Below the pieces are notes generated by a model. The model was not told where the DNA came from. It was given only the letters and a program-made list of their open reading frames with translations, and ran no database searches. Source: Uncultured Candidatus Berkiella sp. (GTDB lineage Bacteria > Pseudomonadota > Gammaproteobacteria > Berkiellales > Berkiellaceae). From it: a stretch of DNA of 64,000 nt. The stretch lies in the NCBI GenBank assembly GCA_964606325.1, contig CAZSGE010000010.1, positions 9,645 to 73,644 on the forward strand, written 5' to 3'. The position numbers and the translations under genes were made by a program. Every line of letters begins with the position of its first letter. Position 1 is the first letter of the stretch. Below are positions 10,696 to 18,356 of the stretch, piece after piece.

Positions 10696-11718
10696 TCACT
10701 CATAATTCACGGCATTCCACACAGCTTGTTTTGCCAACTCGCCTGCTTTTAAGCCTAGGTAAAAACGTTTGGCATTTAAGTCCGCTTCAATCTGCTCACC
10801 TGGTGCATAGATATCACTCACTTCACTGCCTGTACTCACCGTATAAAGCACATCCCCATCTAGTATGGTGGCATAGGGATAAATCACATGCGATAGCGCA
10901 TGATGTACCTGACGGCCGATTTGCTGTAGATGCCGTGGGCTAAGCTTTTCATTAATCACCACCAACGTTAAGGTTGTGTTGCCAGCGCCTGCTGGGTTAA
11001 AAGCTTTTTTAGGTTCTTGTAACAGTGTATGGCTTTTTTCAAGTAGTTCTTTTTTTGAAAGCGTTGAGCCATGCACCACTTCGCCTTTATCATTTAAAAT
11101 AACACCCACGGCATTCACCACCGTGAACACAGCAATTTTAGTTTTACCAATTTGTCCAAACGCAGCGCCTTGCCCTGCGCTTGTAAAGCTATCACCAAAA
11201 AGTTTGCCATTGGTGGCAGAAACACCTGCCCCATGGCGACCTTGCGGGAATACGCCGCTCTTTAATTTTGCAAAAGCTTCTTGCCCTAATGCTTTATCAG
11301 GGTAATGTCTATTTGAACGTGGCGTAAAATCAAAAATCACCGCGCCTGAAATCAGCGGCATTTTGGAAAAATGGGTTTTATTTTCTTTGGCGTATAAACT
11401 CGATACGGCACCTGCAATCGCTTCCATGCCTAAAATACCACCCCCAGCAAAGGCAACACCATCTAAATAGGCTTCACCTTGATGCATTTTTTCTTGGGTG
11501 AAAAATGTGCCAACTGAACCACCGCGAATATCGACTGCCGCCTGTGCCCCATTTGGGAAATAAAATAACGTGATCCCTGTAGGCCCTTTGGGGTTTTCTG
11601 CTACACCGACTTGCACATCAGGAAAATCAAAATGAAGAGTTTTATCTTGCGATGGATTGTTTTTTGCGAAAGAAAGTGTGGAAAAAAGACATAAAATTAA
11701 AAGTGTTACTGCTTTCAT
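10696..11718 (-). CDS. Signal-peptide-bearing P1/S58 (DmpA/NylC-like) Ntn hydrolase
   Basis: FDFPDVQVG, GPTGITL, VDIRGGSVG, YPDKALG, FPQGRHGAG, GQGAAF, GNTT autocleavage motif, LDGDVLY. ATG 11718 follows GAGG and starts MKAVTLLILCLFSTLSFA; the track ORF starts at 11799. Confidence 0.85.
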   Translation of the reverse strand: MKAVTLLILCLFSTLSFAKNNPSQDKTLHFDFPDVQVGVAENPKGPTGITLFYFPNGAQAAVDIRGGSVGTFFTQEKMHQGEAYLDGVAFAGGGILGMEAIAGAVSSLYAKENKTHFSKMPLISGAVIFDFTPRSNRHYPDKALGQEAFAKLKSGVFPQGRHGAGVSATNGKLFGDSFTSAGQGAAFGQIGKTKIAVFTVVNAVGVILNDKGEVVHGSTLSKKELLEKSHTLLQEPKKAFNPAGAGNTTLTLVVINEKLSPRHLQQIGRQVHHALSHVIYPYATILDGDVLYTVSTGSEVSDIYAPGEQIEADLNAKRFYLGLKAGELAKQAVWNAVNYE

Positions 11719-11771
11719 TATTACCTCATGGTGGACACGTCTTTCAACGTTGCCCCCGATAATTTTAAGAT

Positions 11772-11804
11772 GGTGGACACGCCTGTTGGCTTTGTCCACC
11801 CTAC
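11772..11804 (-). repeat. GTAG-type REP-like palindrome, copy 1
   Basis: Minus strand GTAG-GGTGGAC-aaagccaacaggcgt-GTCCACC; intergenic. Confidence 0.7.
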
Positions 11805-11837
11805 ATTTTTTATTTCTCTCTCAGACGGGTAAGCGCT

Positions 11838-13127
11838 TTAAGCGCTAGCCTTAGCCTCTTCAATGGCTGATTGAAGCGTTTCTTCCTTGTTTGCTTCGTA
11901 TTGGTTAATTGTCGGGCGTAATTGTATAAGTAAAATTAATCCTGGGATAGCAAACACGATGGTCCATAAGAAAAATTCTTCCCAACCCACAGCTTTCACC
12001 ATATACCCTGCTGCTGGCCCAACAAAAACACGCCCCACAGCAGCAAGCGCACTAATGAGCGCAAACTGTGTTGCGGTAAATCGCGGGTTACATAAACTCA
12101 TCACTAAGGCCATAAATGCAGCAGTGCCTAAACCACCACCAAAATTTTCTAAGCAGACAGTTAATACCAGCATGCCGGTATTTGGGCCCATCATGGCCAG
12201 TATATAGAACAAGAAATTAGTAAGCGCTTGGATAATCCCAAAAATAAGTAAGGAGCGAAAAAGGCCTAATCTAACCATGAGCACGCCGCCCACAAACACA
12301 CCAAATAACGTGGAGATTAAGCCACCGGTTTTGTTGATGTAGCCGACTTCTTTTAAAGTAAAGCCAACACCTTTCAGTAAAAAAGCGGTGGTTAATGTAC
12401 TTGCAAAAGCATCGCCTAATTTATATAGCACGACAAAAGCTAATAGCATGATTGCCGACTTGCGGCTTAAAAATTCTTTAAAGGGTTCAATGCAAGCTTT
12501 AAGGAAGGAAGGCGTGACATCACGGTGCGCCAACGGCTCTTTAGCCCAAAGTGTAGCGAAAACGCCAATCCCCATTAATGCTGCCATTAAAAAGTAGGTA
12601 AAAGAAAAACCTGCGTAATCGGCAATGATAAGCGTTAACCCACCACTCACTAGCATGGCAATGCGATAGCCACTCACAGCCATGGCTGTGCCCATTCCCC
12701 TTTCTTCGGGTTTAAGCAATTCGGTACGATAAGCATCAATCGCAATGTCTTGAGTAGCAGACAAAAAAGCTAAGCACAGTGCTAAAAAGGCTAGTTGATA
12801 CGGCGTGCTGGTAGGATTTAACAGCGCCATTCCACAGAGAACCCCGATTAAACCTATTTGAGTGGTGATCATCCAACCGCGTCTTAAGCCCAGAAATGGC
12901 AGACGGTACTTATCCATCATGGGTGCCCAAATAAATTTATACACATAGGGTTGCCCAACCAGGGCTAAAAATCCTATGGTAACAACATCAACGTTATCCA
13001 TGGCGTACCATGCTTGCAGTGCGGTACCACTTAAACCCAACGGAAGACCTGACACAAAACCAAGTAAAAGGATTAACATCATGCGTTTTTGCATTAACAA
13101 ACTTAGCCAGGTGGGTTTTTTATTCAT
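11838..13127 (-). CDS. ampG: AmpG family muropeptide MFS transporter
   Basis: LLGFVSGLPL, YVYKFIWAPMMD, GLRRGWM, SATQDIAIDAYR, LYKLGDA, TATQFAL. Confidence 0.92.
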   Translation of the reverse strand: MNKKPTWLSLLMQKRMMLILLLGFVSGLPLGLSGTALQAWYAMDNVDVVTIGFLALVGQPYVYKFIWAPMMDKYRLPFLGLRRGWMITTQIGLIGVLCGMALLNPTSTPYQLAFLALCLAFLSATQDIAIDAYRTELLKPEERGMGTAMAVSGYRIAMLVSGGLTLIIADYAGFSFTYFLMAALMGIGVFATLWAKEPLAHRDVTPSFLKACIEPFKEFLSRKSAIMLLAFVVLYKLGDAFASTLTTAFLLKGVGFTLKEVGYINKTGGLISTLFGVFVGGVLMVRLGLFRSLLIFGIIQALTNFLFYILAMMGPNTGMLVLTVCLENFGGGLGTAAFMALVMSLCNPRFTATQFALISALAAVGRVFVGPAAGYMVKAVGWEEFFLWTIVFAIPGLILLIQLRPTINQYEANKEETLQSAIEEAKASA

Positions 13128-13937
13128 ATGTTGAATAACTTACTTAGGTTGAATAAATTAACAAGCTTAATGCTTATTCTACTCACACAACCCATGATCT
13201 CCAAAGCTGATAACGCGAATTATCGTTTTACAGAGCAAGTTGTTTGTGACTTTCGTCACTTTTATAGCATGAGCTCCCTTTCCCAACGAGCAATAGGTTA
13301 TGGTGTGGGTACAATAGAAGCCAATACCGATATGGATCCGCAATTTCGCCTTTATTGGCAACAAAAGATCCGCAATGATTTTAGCGATAAAATCTCAACG
13401 ATAATTAACGACTATAGCAAGATAGCAACCTACCCAATTTCAGTTCCTGCTTATATGGCCACGCTTTGGTTAAGTAATAAAGCATTTTCATTAGAACCTA
13501 ATAGCCAGTTGGGATGGTGGGCAAATCATTCTTTGCGAACCGTTATTGTGGGTGTCCCAGAACAAGCGCTATTCACACACTTGCTAGGCAGTGGTCGACC
13601 ACCGTCCGGACAGCATGCATGGCATTTGTTTGATCAGCATCGTGCAGTCAGTGGCCACGCTTTCTTTGGCGCCATCCCCTTAATAAATGCGGCCAAACAA
13701 ATTGAAGCTCCTTGGTTAAAAACATCCATATATGTACTATCAACGTTACCAGGACTTGCCAGAATTAACAGCGATAAACATTATCTATCACAAGTCTGGT
13801 TAGGTTGGTGGCTTGCCTATAGCACAACCCAAGCAGTTTGGCATGCAGATAAAGTTAGCAAAAAACCACAGAACGTATCATTACAAATGCTTCCACTCGA
13901 AAATGGAATTTATTTAGGATTGGCTAAAAAACTTTGA
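13128..13937 (+). CDS. PAP2 family phosphatase
   Basis: PAP2-like motifs GSGRP, VSGH and ARINSDKHYLSQV. Start uncertain. Confidence 0.75.
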   Translation: MLNNLLRLNKLTSLMLILLTQPMISKADNANYRFTEQVVCDFRHFYSMSSLSQRAIGYGVGTIEANTDMDPQFRLYWQQKIRNDFSDKISTIINDYSKIATYPISVPAYMATLWLSNKAFSLEPNSQLGWWANHSLRTVIVGVPEQALFTHLLGSGRPPSGQHAWHLFDQHRAVSGHAFFGAIPLINAAKQIEAPWLKTSIYVLSTLPGLARINSDKHYLSQVWLGWWLAYSTTQAVWHADKVSKKPQNVSLQMLPLENGIYLGLAKKL

Positions 13938-13980
13938 TATATTACATTATCTTAACCAAGTTGATTAAAAGGATAGATCA

Positions 13981-14757
13981 ATGAAACGTGCACTGCTCAG
14001 TCTAGCTACCGCGAGTATGTTTTTATTAGCTCATAACACCTGGGCTGATGCGAACAAAGGTGGCCAACTCAAAGATAAAAAAGATAAAATCAGTTACAGC
14101 ATCGGTGTTGATGTTGGCAAAAGCATCATGAAGCAAAAAATTGAAATCAATGCAGAACCCTTCATGGCTGGTTTCAAAGATGGTCAAGCTGATAAAACCA
14201 CGCTAATGACCGAAGAAGAAATTCGTCAAACCTTAATGGCACTACAAACAGAAATGTTAGAAAAGCAAAAATCTGATATGAAAGAAACCGCTACGAAGAA
14301 TCTTTCCGCTGGTGAAAAATTCCTTGATGAGAACAAAAAGAAAAAGGATATTGTGACACTCCCAAGTGGTCTTCAATATCGCATCGTTAAAGATGGTAAA
14401 GGTGATTCACCAAAAGCCACTGACGTTGTAACAACCCACTATCGTGGAAAATTAATTGACGGTACTGAATTTGATAACTCCTACAACCGTGGCGAGCCTG
14501 TTAAATTTGCTGTTAATGGCGTTATTCCTGGTTGGACAGAAGCGCTTCAATTGATGAAGCCAGGTGCAAAATGGGAATTGTACATTCCTTCTAAACTTGC
14601 TTACGGCGAAAACGGTGTTGGCCAAATCATTGGACCAAATTCAGCTTTAGTGTTTGAAGTTGAATTGCTCACCGTAGAAAAAGGTGACAAAGCTGCTGAT
14701 AAACAAGAGAAAGCAGATAAGCAAAGCAAAGCAGCGACAACCCATAAAAAAGGTTAA
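13981..14757 (+). CDS. mip: Mip/FkpA-type FKBP peptidyl-prolyl isomerase
   Basis: Signal peptide, dimerisation domain (KDKISYSIGVDVG) and FKBP domain (LPSGLQYRIVK, HYRGKLIDGTEFDNSY, VIPGWTEALQLM, YIPSKLAYG). Confidence 0.9.
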   Translation: MKRALLSLATASMFLLAHNTWADANKGGQLKDKKDKISYSIGVDVGKSIMKQKIEINAEPFMAGFKDGQADKTTLMTEEEIRQTLMALQTEMLEKQKSDMKETATKNLSAGEKFLDENKKKKDIVTLPSGLQYRIVKDGKGDSPKATDVVTTHYRGKLIDGTEFDNSYNRGEPVKFAVNGVIPGWTEALQLMKPGAKWELYIPSKLAYGENGVGQIIGPNSALVFEVELLTVEKGDKAADKQEKADKQSKAATTHKKG

Positions 14758-14770
14758 TTGCGCTTTCTTT

Positions 14771-14800
14771 AAAAAAGCCTCCGAAAGGAGGCTTTTTTTT
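14771..14800. terminator. Bidirectional intrinsic terminator
   Basis: AAAAAAGCCTCC-GAAA-GGAGGCTTTTTTTT between convergent genes. Confidence 0.9.
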
Positions 14801-15935
14801 ATCCAAATTTCAGTTTCTCTACTTCAGATTCTAATCCTTGCATTTGCGGATCTGACTCTAAAAGCAAATCTTGTAAGGAATGACTCTTTGAAATGCGTTT
14901 CATCTGCGATGATGAAACAAAAACAGGCAGTGGTTTTAGACATTCTACTTCGGGCGACTTTTCTGTTTGATGGTTTTCTACTGCAGCAATACCAATGGTT
15001 AACAACTTTTTGAATTCAGGGAACATGGTTTCAATTCTAAACGTAGGCGTTCCCTTGTCGTCTTTCTTATGTGGAAAGGTTTGCTGTGCGTTATCATCGT
15101 CATTTTCCAAAGGCAAGGGAGGCAGCGATAAATTGGCAAATCCACGATATTGTCTAGCAATTGAAGCAAATTTATAGCGTTCAAAAAAGACGCTTAACTC
15201 TTCAAAATCAGCATCTGTGAATAAAGGATGTTTGTACGCCACCATAGCGCCATTACCTATCCACTGAGTGCACAGATTGATATTTTTCAATACCATCTTC
15301 GCAAAGATGCGATCTGATGCAAACAATTCATGCAACCTTGTTACAAAAGCCCTGTATTTTTCAACTTTAAAGTTTTGAGCACTAACATGTTTTACAATAC
15401 TTTTTAATACTTCATCTACCCAACCCTTTTTAGAATTATCTTCCTGGATGTTCAATAGTGAATCTAGAACATCATTTGAATAGATAGGTTGTGCACGCAA
15501 AAATTTGCCAACATGATAGGGTTCAAGGTGCACTAAAAAATCTTTTGTAACAATATGCTGTGCCAATTGTGCATTTAGATGCGTATACTTTAAATAAGTA
15601 GGGTATCCCAATGTTCTGCACCAATAAGAATTTTGAGCAAGTGTTAAAATAACATTTTGCCATGCTTCATCATCTTTTGATGATGCATGATCTAGCAAAA
15701 CACATAACTGTTCTGAGAGTACGAGTTCAGGTTTATCTGTCGTTTCCAGATAGCCTCTCAATTTCGAAGGCGCTGCAGCACTCAAAAGTCTGTCAAAACC
15801 GGCCTTAGCTAGTTCTCGGTTTCGATGATAATAAAGATAAGAAAATGAAGCGGTAAAATCGCCAGATGCGAGGCCTTCAGTTAACAAACGATCAAATGCT
15901 TGAATGATGGTCGGATCAATTCCTTTAAGGGACAT
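14799..15935 (-). CDS. Hypothetical helical protein (effector-like)
   Basis: 378-aa ORF with GG-rich RBS; no family recognised. Confidence 0.7.
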   Translation of the reverse strand: MSLKGIDPTIIQAFDRLLTEGLASGDFTASFSYLYYHRNRELAKAGFDRLLSAAAPSKLRGYLETTDKPELVLSEQLCVLLDHASSKDDEAWQNVILTLAQNSYWCRTLGYPTYLKYTHLNAQLAQHIVTKDFLVHLEPYHVGKFLRAQPIYSNDVLDSLLNIQEDNSKKGWVDEVLKSIVKHVSAQNFKVEKYRAFVTRLHELFASDRIFAKMVLKNINLCTQWIGNGAMVAYKHPLFTDADFEELSVFFERYKFASIARQYRGFANLSLPPLPLENDDDNAQQTFPHKKDDKGTPTFRIETMFPEFKKLLTIGIAAVENHQTEKSPEVECLKPLPVFVSSSQMKRISKSHSLQDLLLESDPQMQGLESEVEKLKFG

Positions 15936-16257
15936 GTTATACCTTTTGTTAGTAAGATGAACTGGGTGAGTTTACCTGGGGAGCTTACTTGAAATAGAGG
16001 TTTATATCAATTTAGAGCTTAGCTAAGATCAAAATTCTTATCCTATCTAATGAAATTTTTATCGTAGCAGTCGTCTTGATGAGGCTCTATAAGAAAGTTT
16101 GTTAGTCAAAAACTCTTTGGGAGCTATTATTTGTAAATGTAATATTTTTTATGTCATATTACATTTGACCACAAAGATATAGTCTGGTAACTTTCACCAT
16201 ACCTGATAACACCTGTTTAAGTTCTTCGATAACAGAAGCAATATAAGTGTGTAAAAA

Positions 16258-17601
16258 ATGCCTAGCCCCAAAAATATGCGAAAAGCATCAGATGCTCCAG
16301 AACCAGAATGCTTAGAAATCGATTGGAATTTCATTGAGAAAAGAAATCCAGAATTGCGTTCCTTTGTTATTAACAATTTTCGAGATCTTTACTACGAACA
16401 CTTAAAAACACCTCATTTATTTGATCAATTTAATGTTTTTAAAAATCCCGGTTTATTTTACACGATAGAAGTATACCTTATTGCCTTAATAACGGATTTC
16501 ACTGCACATGGATATACTCAACAAGCCGAAGCACTTCACCAGTTTTTAGCATCTGCGAAACAAACCATCGAATCAAGTAGTAGCACACAAGAACAAGGCT
16601 TAGCATTAAATAGCCTAGGAAATTCTTTGTTAAAAGGATTACATTTAGACGATGAACAAGATAGCAAACTTGTTGCTTTTGCCACATCCATGCTGAGTCA
16701 AACACTAAAACACCCTGTATTGAGCGAGGACTATGATGTAAACATCTATTTACTCTATGCTCAATTAAATGAACAATGCGCTAAAACAAATTTAGCAATA
16801 CTTACTAATACACATTTAGCCTCAAGCGATGAGCAAGCACTATTTAAAGAACAACTAGACAGACATTATTTTGATATTTTGAGCGAATTTTTTCCCACAA
16901 CAGGATATATGGTAACTCAACACCCCGTAAATCCGAATGCTGATATTAGAGAGCAAGCCGTATTGAATTTTTTTGTCAATGCTGTTGCAAGGCTATGTCA
17001 ATTTGAACGTGCCTCACAGGGACAAGATATTCATAACGCGATTTATTTACTTGGGAAAATGTATGACGCGGATAAAGATAGCGCCTCAAGAAATCACTTG
17101 TATACTAAAGTCCTAAGGCAAATTCTACAAATTCCCTCAAAAGAAGCACAAGTCGATAGCATGTTTGATGAGGTGGTAGTCAAATTTATTTTAGGTGGTG
17201 AACCTAACAGACATTTCAAAATCCCCTTTGACTTGAGCCAATATGTGCTTAGCATCACGCAAACCCGCCAGTTTAGTCAGTCTATTCAAACAAGACTTCA
17301 CCAAGCGGAATATGAACTTCGCCAGTTAAAGATAACCCATCAAAGCTTAGAAGACAGGCTCCTGCACTGCGAAGCAGAACTTGCGCAACTCAAGTTCAAC
17401 CAGTTGACTCTTGAGAATGAAGAATCAACCTCACCTGAGCTCTCTCCATCAGCATCACGGAAATTTTTGAAAAAGTTCAAACGAGAAAAAAGATCGCTCG
17501 AAGAGCCACCCGCTATGCCAAAGCTGGTATCCTTGGCAACGCGCACGTTCAGTGATAGTGAAATTGTGAAAAAGCCTCATCGAAGGAAAATGACTTCTTA
17601 G
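16258..17601 (+). CDS. Hypothetical protein with C-terminal coiled coil and basic patches
   Basis: 447-aa ORF; heptad-like RLHQAEYELRQLKITHQSLEDRLLHCEAELAQLK, followed by a K/R-rich tail. Confidence 0.72.
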   Translation: MPSPKNMRKASDAPEPECLEIDWNFIEKRNPELRSFVINNFRDLYYEHLKTPHLFDQFNVFKNPGLFYTIEVYLIALITDFTAHGYTQQAEALHQFLASAKQTIESSSSTQEQGLALNSLGNSLLKGLHLDDEQDSKLVAFATSMLSQTLKHPVLSEDYDVNIYLLYAQLNEQCAKTNLAILTNTHLASSDEQALFKEQLDRHYFDILSEFFPTTGYMVTQHPVNPNADIREQAVLNFFVNAVARLCQFERASQGQDIHNAIYLLGKMYDADKDSASRNHLYTKVLRQILQIPSKEAQVDSMFDEVVVKFILGGEPNRHFKIPFDLSQYVLSITQTRQFSQSIQTRLHQAEYELRQLKITHQSLEDRLLHCEAELAQLKFNQLTLENEESTSPELSPSASRKFLKKFKREKRSLEEPPAMPKLVSLATRTFSDSEIVKKPHRRKMTS

Positions 17602-17782
17602 TATTGACAAAGCAATACCACAGAGCATACCGCAACTATCAAAAAGTTACTTAACCTTATGATTTTACTCATCTAATTATTGACGCCAAATACGTAGTGT
17701 GGTAACTTACAACATAATGCAATGTGCCCCATAATATTTTTTATCAAATCGTAACGGCTAACGCCAACCTTGATTAAATAAC

Positions 17783-18286
17783 TTGAGTAAGAGAAACAGA
17801 ATGTATTATTTTTATGATTATAAAATTAAAGGTTTATTGGCTTTCATCAAAGCAAAAGAGCATGCTCTGGCAATTTTAGAAAAACAAAATGAAAATTATC
17901 GGCTATTAGCGCCCATGGTGACTGATGATAGCGATTTAACTCCAATTATTAAAACTATTACTCAGTTACGCGAATTTATTGCGTTTATGAATAGTATTGA
18001 ACAAGGTAAATCATTCTCTAAACCATGTATTGATTTATGGCGTGAAGAAATGAAAGGACAACCGGTTTTTTTAGATTTTTTATCTTATTTTAAATTAAAA
18101 TCACTTCAAAATGAGCCAAAAATCGCAGCGGAAAACCTTTATCGAGCCACGCTCTTAAACAATTACAAGTTAAAATTGCAACAGGCACAATCAACTGAAA
18201 ATAATTCGCTCAATCAGACAATCGAAACAATCGCAAGTGAGATTGAAAACGTTCAATTTAAATTACAAAAACTTAAAGCCAACTAG
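17783..18286 (+). CDS. Hypothetical protein
   Basis: 167-aa ORF, TTG start (possibly ATG at 17801); helical C-terminus. Confidence 0.55.
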   Translation: MSKRNRMYYFYDYKIKGLLAFIKAKEHALAILEKQNENYRLLAPMVTDDSDLTPIIKTITQLREFIAFMNSIEQGKSFSKPCIDLWREEMKGQPVFLDFLSYFKLKSLQNEPKIAAENLYRATLLNNYKLKLQQAQSTENNSLNQTIETIASEIENVQFKLQKLKAN

Positions 18287-18356
18287 AGCAAGATAATCTG
18301 AATGAATAGTGACTTCAGCTGAACGCCTACATCTGGACCTAAGGATATTCGCTTTA

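Noticed and set aside
10645-10697. Paired motif GAGTGTCCTAACACT / GGGTGTCCCAACACTC
   Set aside because: Only two imperfect copies, lying between convergent 3' ends where a regulator site is unlikely.
10696-11799. Naming the peptidase nylC, and the track start at 11799
   Set aside because: Substrate unknown. The upstream extension runs through a REP element, while ATG 11718 has an RBS and starts a signal peptide.
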